Of a stretch of 61,220 nucleotides of DNA, positions 1 to 8,270 are shown one piece after another. The stretch lies in NCBI GenBank assembly GCA_016297845.1, contig JAEDFV010000004.1, forward strand, positions 1-61,220, read 5' to 3'. The translations under genes were made by a program, and so were the position numbers. Source of the DNA: Clostridia bacterium (GTDB lineage: Bacteria; Bacillota; Clostridia; Christensenellales; UBA1242). Position 1 is the first letter of the stretch, and each line of letters begins with the position of its first letter. The notes beneath the pieces were generated by a model. That model made no database searches. It saw nothing but the letters and a program-made list of their open reading frames with translations, and had not been told where the DNA came from.

Positions 1-38
1 GAGTCACAGTCTGGTGCCTTACCGCTTGGCTACACCCC
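1..38 (-). tRNA. tRNA 5' half truncated by window edge; anticodon loop CUGUGAC gives GUG (His)
   Basis: rc(1-38)=GGGGTGTAGCCAAGCGGTAAGGCACCAGACTGTGACTC: D-arm GCC/GGC with AGCGGTA loop and anticodon stem CCAGA. The 3' half is outside the window, so acceptor pairing and G-1 cannot be checked. Confidence 0.55.
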
Positions 39-50
39 TTAGCGTGAATT

Positions 51-79
51 ATTCTACATTCTTTTAAGCTGTTTGTCAA
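51..79 (-). promoter_or_regulatory. sigma-A-type promoter for the truncated tRNA
   Basis: On the minus strand, TTGACA (79-74), 17 nt, TAGAAT (56-51), about 12 nt upstream of the tRNA 5' end. Confidence 0.45.
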
Positions 80-120
80 TAAAAATCCAACAATTTATTT
101 AAAAAATTTTTCAAATTCTC

Positions 121-149
121 TTGCGAGAAATTACATTGAGTGTTATACT
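121..149 (+). promoter_or_regulatory. sigma-A-type promoter for typA
   Basis: TTGCGA (121-126), 17 nt, TGtTATACT extended -10 (141-149). Confidence 0.45.
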
Positions 150-206
150 CGTAAAGTTATTATATTAAATAATAAAAATATGGAAAAATACAAAGGAAAA
201 ATTAAT

Positions 207-2033
207 ATGACAAACGAAAACATAAGAAACATTGCTATAATTGCTCACGTTGACCACGGCAAAACTTCCCTTGTTAATGAACTTTTAAAACAAGGAAATG
301 TTTTTCATGAAAACCAAGTTGTTGAAGACAGGGTTATGGATTCAAACGCTATTGAACGCGAAAGAGGAATAACAATTCTTTCAAAAAATGCAAGTTGCAT
401 ATACAAAGGAATAAAAATCAATGTTGTTGACACTCCAGGACATGCTGACTTTGGTGGCGAAGTTGAACGTGTGTTAAAAATGGTTGACGGCGTTTTGCTT
501 GTTGTTGACGCATATGAAGGAGCAATGCCTCAAACAAGATTTGTTTTGGAAAAAGCCCTTGCATTAAACTTGAAGGTTATTGTTGTTGTAAACAAAATTG
601 ATAAACCAGATGCAAGAATTTCCGAAGTCCAAGATGAAATTTTAGAGTTATTTTTGGACCTTGATGCAAACGAAGAACAACTTAACTCGCCTTTTGTTTA
701 TTGTTCTGCACGTCAAGGACATAGCAGTCTTGACCCAAACAATTTCGGAACAGACATGAAGCCTCTTTTTGAAACAATAATATCTCACATTCCTGCTCCA
801 TCTGGCGACAAAGAAAAACCTTTAAAAATGTTAATTTCAGCAGCAGAACATAACGATTTTGTTGGAAGACTCGTTGTTGGAAAAATTGAACAAGGAACTA
901 CAAAAGTTGGTGACAGCATTGTTGTTACAAACTATCATGAACCAAGAAATATCCGCGGAAAAATTGTTCAACTTTTTGAATTTGTTGGACTTAAAAGAGT
1001 TCCTCTTGAAATTGGAAATGCAGGTGACATAGTCTGCATTGCAGGAATTGAAGAAGCACAAATTGGCGACACTGTTTGCTCCCCTCTTGACACAACTCCA
1101 ATTCCTTTTGTTCAAATTGAAAAACCAACTGTTGAAATGACTTTTATGGTTAACAACAGTCCATTCGCTGGAAAGGAAGGAAAATTCGTTACAAGTCGTC
1201 ATCTACGCGAAAGATTGTATAAAGAAGCGATAAAAGACCTTTCATTAAAAGTTTCAGACACAGATTCTGCTGATGCTTTCACAGTTTGTGGACGTGGGGA
1301 GATGCACCTTTCAATTTTAATTGAAAACATGCGTCGCGATGGATATGAATTCCAAGTTTCAATGCCAAGAGTATTGTTCTTGGAAGAAAATGGCAAAAAA
1401 CTTGAGCCAATAGACAGATTAACAATTGACGTTCCTGCTGATTGCGTTGGTACAATTATGAGTAAAATGGGAACAAGAAAAGGTGAATTAATCCAAATGA
1501 CTGACCATAATTCAAGAATGAAAATGGAATTCTTTATTCCAGAACGTGGTCTTTTTGGCTTCAAATCTGAATTCTTAACAGATACTCGTGGCGAAGGAAT
1601 TATGAACTCCGTATTCCATGCATATGAAGAATATAAAGGGCCAATAAAACGCCGTGAATTTGGTTCACTTATTGCGTTTGAAACAGGCGAAGCAATCACA
1701 TACGGTTTGTTTAATGCTCAAGAACGTGGTGAATTGTTTATTACTCCAGGCACTCAAGTTTACAGTGGAATGGTTGTTGGACAAAATCCAAAAGGAGACG
1801 ACATCGCAGTTAATGTTTGTAAGAAAAAACATCTTTCAAACTGCCGTAGTTCTGGTTCAGATGATGCTCTTCGTTTAATTCCACCAAGAATTATGTCGCT
1901 TGAAGATTGCATTGAATTTTTGTGTGATGACGAACTATTGGAAGTAACTCCAAAGAATATTAGGATAAGAAAAAAAGAGCTTGACCACAACATGCGTCTT
2001 CGTCAAAAAGCAAAAGAAATTAATAATCAATAA
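207..2033 (+). CDS. typA: translational GTPase TypA/BipA
   Basis: G motifs AHVDHGKTS, DTPGHADF and NKIDK, with an EF-G-like domain order. Start placed at ATG 207 (AGGA 8 nt upstream; N-terminus MTNENIRNIAII is typical). The ORF-track start at 180 has no SD. Confidence 0.95.
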   Translation: MTNENIRNIAIIAHVDHGKTSLVNELLKQGNVFHENQVVEDRVMDSNAIERERGITILSKNASCIYKGIKINVVDTPGHADFGGEVERVLKMVDGVLLVVDAYEGAMPQTRFVLEKALALNLKVIVVVNKIDKPDARISEVQDEILELFLDLDANEEQLNSPFVYCSARQGHSSLDPNNFGTDMKPLFETIISHIPAPSGDKEKPLKMLISAAEHNDFVGRLVVGKIEQGTTKVGDSIVVTNYHEPRNIRGKIVQLFEFVGLKRVPLEIGNAGDIVCIAGIEEAQIGDTVCSPLDTTPIPFVQIEKPTVEMTFMVNNSPFAGKEGKFVTSRHLRERLYKEAIKDLSLKVSDTDSADAFTVCGRGEMHLSILIENMRRDGYEFQVSMPRVLFLEENGKKLEPIDRLTIDVPADCVGTIMSKMGTRKGELIQMTDHNSRMKMEFFIPERGLFGFKSEFLTDTRGEGIMNSVFHAYEEYKGPIKRREFGSLIAFETGEAITYGLFNAQERGELFITPGTQVYSGMVVGQNPKGDDIAVNVCKKKHLSNCRSSGSDDALRLIPPRIMSLEDCIEFLCDDELLEVTPKNIRIRKKELDHNMRLRQKAKEINNQ

Positions 2034-2058
2034 AGATGAACTTCGGTTCATCTTTTTT
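2033..2058 (+). terminator. rho-independent terminator after typA
   Basis: AAGATGAAC-TTCG-GTTCATCTT (a C(UUCG)G tetraloop) followed by TTTT. Confidence 0.8.
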
Positions 2059-2085
2059 CATAGTATGAATCAAGGAGGAAATCTT

Positions 2086-2424
2086 ATGTTTAGTTGTAAA
2101 AATCGTTTTGATTGCTTTTATGTAAATAAACCATGTTGTTGTTTAAGACCAATATCATGTATAACTCCATTCCCACATTTTTCATGTCCACCATTCCCAC
2201 ATTTTTCGTGTTCCCCATCATTTTCTTGTCACCCATCATGCAATCCAATGTTTATGCATCCATGTGATGAATTCCATCAAAATTTTTGTCAACCACAAAA
2301 TCCATGTTTTAACCGACCATCTTTTTCACATTGTCAACCAAACATGAATCTAATGTGGTTTTTGGGTGGTTTCAATTGCGGGAAAAATCGTTGCAGAAAT
2401 AATTGTCCAAGAAATTTTGAATAG
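2086..2424 (+). CDS. small Cys/Pro/His-rich protein (112 aa), possible spore-coat-like protein
   Basis: AAGGAGG sits 7 nt upstream of ATG 2086. 17 Cys by my count, and a tandem PFPHFSC repeat. No family recognised. The 3' end overlaps convergent murI by 53 nt. Confidence 0.5.
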   Translation: MFSCKNRFDCFYVNKPCCCLRPISCITPFPHFSCPPFPHFSCSPSFSCHPSCNPMFMHPCDEFHQNFCQPQNPCFNRPSFSHCQPNMNLMWFLGGFNCGKNRCRNNCPRNFE

Positions 2425-3115
2425 ATAAATTTTTCTTACTAAGTAAAATTTCTAATTTATGATTTTGCGATTTTAAATTTGAACAAATTCTTTTGACGTT
2501 TCTTGCAACACCACTTTCACAAGATATAATTTCTGCATTTGGAAATAATTGTTTGATTTGTTTTTTGATAAAGTTATAGTGAGTGCAACCAAGGACAATT
2601 GCATCATATTTTCCGTTTTTTAATTTATGTTTTAAATATGGTATCACAACATCTAAATCTTCAACGTTTTTATCAATTATTTTTGCAAGTTTTTTAAGCG
2701 GAAGAAGTTCTATTGTAACATCTGCATTCTTTTGAGATATGTATTTTTTTAGAGTCATATTTGTTTTTATCGTTTGCTTTGTTGCAATTACTAATATATT
2801 TTTATTACCTCTGTCAATGGCAACCTTAATTGGCGGTTCAACACCAATTATTGGGAAGTTGTATATTTTTCTAAACTTTTCAGCACAAACACTTGTTGCC
2901 GTGTTGCATGCAACTATCAAGACATCAATTTTGTATTTTGATGATAAATAATCAACATTTTTTTTTACTATCTCATAAATTTGCTTTTTAGATTTATTTC
3001 CGTAGGGTGAATTCATTGTATCCGCAAAATAAACAAACTCATTGTTAAAGGAGTTTTCCATAACTTCCTTTAATATGCTCGCTCCGCCAATTCCGCTGTC
3101 CAAAGCAATAATCAT
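2372..3115 (-). CDS. murI: glutamate racemase
   Basis: Motifs DSGIGG, VACNTAT and GCTHY; 247 aa. Confidence 0.9.
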   Translation of the reverse strand: MIIALDSGIGGASILKEVMENSFNNEFVYFADTMNSPYGNKSKKQIYEIVKKNVDYLSSKYKIDVLIVACNTATSVCAEKFRKIYNFPIIGVEPPIKVAIDRGNKNILVIATKQTIKTNMTLKKYISQKNADVTIELLPLKKLAKIIDKNVEDLDVVIPYLKHKLKNGKYDAIVLGCTHYNFIKKQIKQLFPNAEIISCESGVARNVKRICSNLKSQNHKLEILLSKKNLSIQNFLDNYFCNDFSRN

Positions 3116-3146
3116 AGTTTAATATATGACTAAATAATTTATAAGT

Positions 3147-3929
3147 TTACTTGATAAGTGCATTAATCTCGTCCTCGGACATATCTTTGAAAATTGATTT
3201 ATTGATTGCCATAGCAATGATATCTGACAAAAGTTCTATTGTTTTTCTAATGTCACTAGGCGAAAGCACCAATGAAGGAAAAGCAGAAAGTTTATTTTCT
3301 TCAGCATCAACACCATCTATCGAAGTTGCATATATGAGCATAGGAACACCTATCGAAACAATGTTGTCAACACCCAAGAGCTTTGATGAAATTTTTTTGT
3401 TCCCTCTCCCGTTCCCGCTTCCTGCAACGAGCCCATCTTTTGTGATTTGGAAACATGAACATAATCTTGAAACTGAAACTGTTGCAAGAGAATCAACAAG
3501 TATTACTAAATCAGGTTTAATCTGTTTTGAAATTGAACAAACAATCTCACTTGTTTCAATACCCGTATTAGAATAAACATTAGGAGAAAAAGCACACAGG
3601 TTTGGGGAAATATCCAAACCACGAGAAATGACCAATTTTTCAATAACTTTTGGGCCAAGCGAATCGCAAGGAACTTCCCTATTCCCTAGCCCAACAACGA
3701 AAATATTATCATATTTATTAAATTTAAAAGTTGAAGTCAATTCTTTTTCAAGAATATCAACAAGCAAGTTTTCAATCTTAGCACCAAATAGATTTATTGC
3801 CTGTGCATTGATAATGACTTGCTTCTTATCATGATTTCGATTAACTGCAATTCCATAATCAAAATTTTCAGTTTTTAATTTTAAATTATTTTTTCTTTCA
3901 TCAAATAAATCTGTTAAGTTTCTTTTCAT
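3147..3929 (-). CDS. gpr: GPR-type spore (germination) endopeptidase, short form
   Basis: VVGLGNREVPCDSLGP, DLVILVDSLA and AGSGNGRGN resemble GPR family motifs. It is adjacent and divergent to rpsT, as in Bacillus subtilis. Confidence 0.75.
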   Translation of the reverse strand: MKRNLTDLFDERKNNLKLKTENFDYGIAVNRNHDKKQVIINAQAINLFGAKIENLLVDILEKELTSTFKFNKYDNIFVVGLGNREVPCDSLGPKVIEKLVISRGLDISPNLCAFSPNVYSNTGIETSEIVCSISKQIKPDLVILVDSLATVSVSRLCSCFQITKDGLVAGSGNGRGNKKISSKLLGVDNIVSIGVPMLIYATSIDGVDAEENKLSAFPSLVLSPSDIRKTIELLSDIIAMAINKSIFKDMSEDEINALIK

Positions 3930-3972
3930 TAAAATAGTTTTTGAAAATTTTTAGAAAATATTAAAAATTTAC

Positions 3973-4001
3973 TTGCAAAATATATCAACTTGTGGTAAAC
4001 T
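3973..4001 (+). promoter_or_regulatory. sigma-A-type promoter for rpsT
   Basis: TTGCAA (3973-3978), 17 nt, TGgTAAACT (3993-4001). Confidence 0.4.
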
Positions 4002-4032
4002 TGCGAAGTAAATCATTTTAAGGAGAAAAACC

Positions 4033-4308
4033 GTGCCAAACATTAAATCAGCGATAAAAAGAGTTACAGTTAACGAAAAGAAAAACTTAGAAAACAGAAT
4101 GATAAAATCTAAGATTTCAACAACAGTAAAAAAATTCAAAAATGAAGCAAAAAATAACAACTTAGAAGTTGCAGAAAAACTTTTAAGCGAAGTTTTCTCG
4201 TTGTTGGACACTGCTGCTAAAGACAATGTTATCCACAAAAATAACGCTAACTCTAAAAAAGCAACTCTTGCAAAAATTTTGGATAATGCAAAAAAAGCAA
4301 ATGCATAA
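4033..4308 (+). CDS. rpsT: 30S ribosomal protein S20
   Basis: N-terminus (M)PNIKSAIKRV; GTG start with AAGGAG upstream. Confidence 0.95.
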   Translation: MPNIKSAIKRVTVNEKKNLENRMIKSKISTTVKKFKNEAKNNNLEVAEKLLSEVFSLLDTAAKDNVIHKNNANSKKATLAKILDNAKKANA

Positions 4309-4314
4309 AAAAAG

Positions 4315-4339
4315 AAAGTCTTAATAAAAGACTTTTTTT
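4315..4339. terminator. bidirectional terminator between rpsT and plsC
   Basis: AAAGTCTT-loop-AAGACTTT flanked by an A-run and a T-run. It overlaps the plsC stop codon. Confidence 0.75.
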
Positions 4340-4916
4340 ATTTGCTGTTTTCAAGAAGATTTTTTGCGATTTTATCGCCAGCTTTTGATAAAACTTCGCT
4401 TGTAAGTTTTTCATCATAAAATTCTTCAAGAGTAAATGGCTTCCCAAATTTGACAGAGTTTATTCTAAACAATCGTGGCTTTTTCTTAATCCAAACTGGC
4501 ACAATAGGCGTTTTTGTTTTTATTGCGAGCATTCCCGCTCCCGCTTTAATCTCGCTCAAATCTTCATTAGTGCGATTTCTCGTTCCTTCTGGGAAAATCG
4601 TTAATATTTTGTTTTTGCTCAAAACTTTCATTGACATCTTTATTGCTTTAATATCTATCTTCCCTCTCTCAACAGGGATTGCGTGCACAATTTTCATAAT
4701 TCCACGTTTAAAAGAGTTTGAAAACAACTCCTTTTTTGCCAAGAAATATTGTTTACGCCAAGTTGACATACATAATAAAATTGGGTCTATGTTGCTTGTA
4801 TGATTGCACACAAATATAACCTTTCCTTTCGGAATATTGCGCTTACCCTTAAATATTGTTGGGAATAATAACCAAACCCAAATATACAAAATGAATTTAA
4901 AAAAATTTAAAATCAT
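4338..4916 (-). CDS. plsC: 1-acyl-sn-glycerol-3-phosphate acyltransferase
   Basis: HX4D motif NHTSNIDP and FPEGTRN; N-terminal TM segment. Confidence 0.85.
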   Translation of the reverse strand: MILNFFKFILYIWVWLLFPTIFKGKRNIPKGKVIFVCNHTSNIDPILLCMSTWRKQYFLAKKELFSNSFKRGIMKIVHAIPVERGKIDIKAIKMSMKVLSKNKILTIFPEGTRNRTNEDLSEIKAGAGMLAIKTKTPIVPVWIKKKPRLFRINSVKFGKPFTLEEFYDEKLTSEVLSKAGDKIAKNLLENSK

Positions 4917-4923
4917 AATTCTC

Positions 4924-5634
4924 CTAATTCTTCAACATATTAATGTATTCCATTTCAACCCTATTGAGTTCTTTATAAGTTCCTCGTTGAAGTCCACCAA
5001 GCGTTATTTCTCCAATTCTCACCCGCTTCAACAAAATGATTGTTTTCCCAATAGCCTCAAACATTCTTCTAACCTGCCTGTTTTGGCCTTCGTTGATTAT
5101 TACTGATATTTTTGTTATTTTGCCATCAGTTTCCAATCTTTGAACTCTTGCTTTTGGCATTCTTATGCCTTTTTCAACAACACCAGCCCGCAAAACTGCC
5201 AACTCGCTCTCAAGAATTTTCCCTTCAATTGTAACAATATATTCCTTATTTACTTCATATCTAGGGTGAGAAATTGCTTCAGAAAGTTCACCATCGTTTG
5301 TAATTAAAATCAATCCCTCGGTGTTATAATCCAAACGTCCAATTGAAAACAGTCTTTTGTCTTTTGGAAGAAGCTCAAAAATTGTTTTTCTTCCTTTGTC
5401 GTCATTATTTGAACAAATATATCCTTTAGGTTTATTTAATTTGTAATAAACAAAATCGCTCGTTAAACTAATTACTTTTCCGTTATAAATAACTTTATCT
5501 TTTTTTTCATCAATGTTTGTTCCAAGTTGGGTTTCAACCTTTCCATTAACAATTATTTCGCCGTTTTCAATAAGTTCGTCTGCTTTTCTTCTTGAACACA
5601 CACCGCTAGCACTTAAAAATTTGTTTAATCTCAT
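4924..5634 (-). CDS. rluB: RsuA/RluB-family pseudouridine synthase
   Basis: N-terminal S4 domain MRLNKFLSASGVCSRRKADELI; catalytic GRLDYNTEGL. Confidence 0.9.
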   Translation of the reverse strand: MRLNKFLSASGVCSRRKADELIENGEIIVNGKVETQLGTNIDEKKDKVIYNGKVISLTSDFVYYKLNKPKGYICSNNDDKGRKTIFELLPKDKRLFSIGRLDYNTEGLILITNDGELSEAISHPRYEVNKEYIVTIEGKILESELAVLRAGVVEKGIRMPKARVQRLETDGKITKISVIINEGQNRQVRRMFEAIGKTIILLKRVRIGEITLGGLQRGTYKELNRVEMEYINMLKN

Positions 5635-5723
5635 AATATAATATTAACCAATTTTTATATAAAATGCAAATAATAAATTAATAAAAAATATTATAAAAAA
5701 TAAAAATTTTTTATTAAAATTTG

Positions 5724-5752
5724 TTGACAAAAATTATACTATATGTTATATT
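5724..5752 (+). promoter_or_regulatory. sigma-A-type promoter for tRNA-Val
   Basis: TTGACA (5724-5729), 17 nt, TATATT (5747-5752), 11 nt before the tRNA 5' end. Confidence 0.6.
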
Positions 5753-5763
5753 TAAAATTGCTT

Positions 5764-5840
5764 GGGAGTTTAGCTCAGTTGGTTAGAGCACCTGCCTTAC
5801 AAGCAGGGGGTCATAGGTTCGAGTCCTATAACTCCCACCA
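5764..5840 (+). tRNA. tRNA-Val (anticodon UAC), CCA encoded
   Basis: Acceptor GGGAGTT/AACTCCC, D-arm GCTC/GAGC, anticodon stem CCTGC/GCAGG with loop CTTACAA, T-arm ATAGG-TTCGAGT-CCTAT; 77 nt. Confidence 0.95.
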
Positions 5841-6109
5841 AAGCAAAGTGACACATGTCACTTTTTTTATTTTTCTTACTTTAAACAACTTCCAAAGCAT
5901 ATAGTTATAGGACGAGAAGAGTCCTAAGCAAAGGCGTAGCGTCACCACGAACAGGCGCGTTTATCGCGACTTTCGTATAACTCCCACCAAAGCAAAGTGA
6001 CTCATGTCACTTTTTTTTATTTCTCTAACCTTAAACAATCTCCAAAGCATATAGTTATAAGACGAGAAGAGTCCTAAGCAAAGGCGTAGCGTCACCATAA
6101 CTCCCATCA
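5827..6109 (+). repeat. tandem ~121-nt duplication of the tRNA-Val 3' end, terminator and downstream segment
   Basis: Copy 1 is 5827-5947 and copy 2 is 5976-6097, differing at only a handful of positions. They are separated by a 28-nt spacer. A third partial tRNA 3'-end copy, TAACTCCCATCA, lies at 6098-6109. Confidence 0.85.
5845..5868 (+). terminator. rho-independent terminator after tRNA-Val
   Basis: AAAGTGAC-ACAT-GTCACTTT followed by TTTT. Confidence 0.8.
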
Positions 6110-6175
6110 GGGCAAACGTCAGTTTTTATTCTTAGATGACAAAGTGAAGCGGACACGGACTTTTCGTCGTAAAAT

Positions 6176-6204
6176 ATAAAAACACATCAAGTGATGTGTT
6201 TTTT
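6176..6204 (-). terminator. terminator after the topoisomerase B-subunit gene
   Basis: AACACATC-loop-GATGTGTT with flanking A and T runs, overlapping the stop codon. Confidence 0.7.
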
Positions 6205-8149
6205 ATATAAATGTTTTTGACATAAATTCGTCTTCACGATCAAAATTTGCATATTCTGAAATATAAGCTTTACGAGCTTCAATATTGTCTCCCATTAAGA
6301 CAGTAACCATTTTTTCTGCTTCCGCTGCATCTTCTATTGTAACTCTTATCAAGTTACGTTTTGTTGGTTCCATAGTTGTTTCCCAAAGTTGCTCAGGATT
6401 CATTTCTCCAAGACCTTTGTATCTTTGAATTTGATATCCTTTTCCAACTCGTTCAATCGCTTCAGGGAGTTCTTCATCTGAATATACATATTCAACTACG
6501 TCTTTTTTATAAACCTTGTATAGTGGTGGAAGTCCAATGTAAACATTTCCATTTGTTATAAGACCACGCATATATCTAAAGAAGAATGTCAACAATATTG
6601 CTCGAATGTGAGCACCATCTTGGTCAGCATCAGAAAGAATAATAACTTTGTGATATCTCAAATTATCAATGTTAAAATCTTCTCCAACACCTGTTTCAAG
6701 CGCGCTAATAATTGTACGAATTTCTTCATTAGCTAGAACTTGGTCAAGACGTTTCTTTTCAGCATTCAAAGGCTTTCCTTTGAGAGGGAGAATTGCTTGG
6801 AAGGTTCTGTCACGGCCTTGTTTTGCACTGCCACCAGCAGAATCCCCCTCAACAATAAATAGTTCACTTAATTCCGCCTTTCTGCTAGTGCAAGCGGACA
6901 ATTTTCCAACAAGATTATATTTGTCAACACTATTTTTTTGTCTAGCCAAATCTTTTGCTTTTCTTTGTGCTTCCCTAACTTTTGCTGCTCCCTTAGCCTT
7001 GTTAAAAATTATTTCAGCAATTTCAAGTTTATCTTTTTGTTCAAAATATTTTAACAGTTCGTTATAAACAAGATTTTCAACTTCTGGACGAATTTCGGGA
7101 TTGCCAAGTTTTGTTTTTGTTTGCCCCTCAAACTGAACATTTCTCATTTTGATTGAAAGAATTGCTGTAATTCCTTCTCTAAAATCTTCTCCAATTAGGT
7201 TTGCATCTTTTTCTTTCAACCAACCTTCGCTTCGTGCAATCTCATTCATAAGCCTTGTTAAAGCCGATTTAAAGCCCGTTTCGTGAGTTCCGCCTTCGGT
7301 CGTAGGAATGTTATTTACATAAGAAAACATATTTTCAGTGTATGTGTCAGTGTGCTGAATTGCAAGTTCAAGTTTAATTAATTTGCTTTCGCCAGATATA
7401 TAAACAGGTTCTTTGTATAACGCAGTTTTTCCTTCATTCAGATAAATAGCAAAATCTTTAAGCCCGCCTTCATATGCAAAAACTTGTTTTTGATTTGTTC
7501 TTTCATCATTAAACTCTATATATACGCCCCTATTCAAAAAGGCAAGTTCCTTTAGGCGCTTTGAAATTGTGTCTGCATTGAAAACAACTGTTTCAAAAAC
7601 GCGTTTATCTGGAAGAAATGTAACCTTTGTTCCAGTTTTTGTTGTGTCACCAATTTCCATTAAAGGAGCAACAGGAACACCACTACGGATTTTCCCATTA
7701 TCACCCATTTTGCTTTCAAATTCCATGAAATAGCGCTTTTTATTCTTGCAAACATAAACTTTCGTCCATTCACTTAAAGCATTAGTAACCGAAGCTCCAA
7801 CACCGTGCAAACCGCCAGAATATCCGTAGTTATCATTATTGAATTTGCCACCTGCATGAAGTTGAGTAAAAACAACTTCTACGCCTGACTTTTTTAAAGT
7901 TGGATGCATATCAACAGGAATTCCTCGACCATTATCTTCAACACTCGCACTTCCATCTTTGTGCAAAGTTATAATAATTCGATTTCCATAGCCATTGCTT
8001 ATCTCGTCAATGGAATTATCGACAATCTCCCATAAAATATGGTGTAAACCTTTAACACCGGTTGTTCCAATATACATTCCTGGGCGCAAACGAACTGCAT
8101 CCAAGCCTTCCAAAACTACTATATCTTTTGAATCATATGATTTGCCCAT
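6203..8149 (-). CDS. type IIA topoisomerase subunit B (GyrB or ParE; not distinguishable by eye)
   Basis: LEGLDAVRLRPGMYIG, DNGRGIPV, LHAGGKF, GGLHGVGASV, Toprim EGDSAGGSAKQGRDR and DADQDGAHI. No A subunit is adjacent. Confidence 0.9.
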   Translation of the reverse strand: MGKSYDSKDIVVLEGLDAVRLRPGMYIGTTGVKGLHHILWEIVDNSIDEISNGYGNRIIITLHKDGSASVEDNGRGIPVDMHPTLKKSGVEVVFTQLHAGGKFNNDNYGYSGGLHGVGASVTNALSEWTKVYVCKNKKRYFMEFESKMGDNGKIRSGVPVAPLMEIGDTTKTGTKVTFLPDKRVFETVVFNADTISKRLKELAFLNRGVYIEFNDERTNQKQVFAYEGGLKDFAIYLNEGKTALYKEPVYISGESKLIKLELAIQHTDTYTENMFSYVNNIPTTEGGTHETGFKSALTRLMNEIARSEGWLKEKDANLIGEDFREGITAILSIKMRNVQFEGQTKTKLGNPEIRPEVENLVYNELLKYFEQKDKLEIAEIIFNKAKGAAKVREAQRKAKDLARQKNSVDKYNLVGKLSACTSRKAELSELFIVEGDSAGGSAKQGRDRTFQAILPLKGKPLNAEKKRLDQVLANEEIRTIISALETGVGEDFNIDNLRYHKVIILSDADQDGAHIRAILLTFFFRYMRGLITNGNVYIGLPPLYKVYKKDVVEYVYSDEELPEAIERVGKGYQIQRYKGLGEMNPEQLWETTMEPTKRNLIRVTIEDAAEAEKMVTVLMGDNIEARKAYISEYANFDREDEFMSKTFI

Positions 8150-8233
8150 TATCTTTCCTTTTATAACTAAAAATAATCATAATAATTATATCAAAATTAC
8201 TCAAAAAAAACAATATTTTTTTGAATGAATTAA

Positions 8234-8261
8234 TAAAAAAACTTGGATACTTCTCCAAGTT
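8234..8261 (-). terminator. terminator ending the alpha/ribosomal superoperon
   Basis: On the minus strand, AACTTGGA-GAAGTA-TCCAAGTT followed by T7. Confidence 0.75.
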
Positions 8262-8270
8262 TTTTATTTA

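Noticed and set aside
837-1993. Antisense or overlapping ORFs inside typA (837-1202, 1199-1699, 1654-1878, 1760-1993).
   Set aside because: They are shadow ORFs on the opposite strand or in an alternate frame of a strongly conserved gene. They have low-complexity translations and no SDs.
2059-2067. CATAGTATG upstream of the Cys-rich ORF as a sigma-K/sigma-E -10 box.
   Set aside because: It lies only about 5 nt from the SD, so a transcript starting there would lose the ribosome-binding site. There is no suitable -35, because that region is the typA terminator stem.
5869-5947. Possible additional tRNA or tRNA pseudogene in the repeat unit (GGACGAGAAGAGTCC stem-loop followed by ...GCGTCACCA).
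   Set aside because: There are 12 extra nt between the T-arm-like hairpin and the CCA-like end, and no acceptor, D or anticodon arms can be drawn. It is better explained as a degraded partial copy of tRNA-Val.
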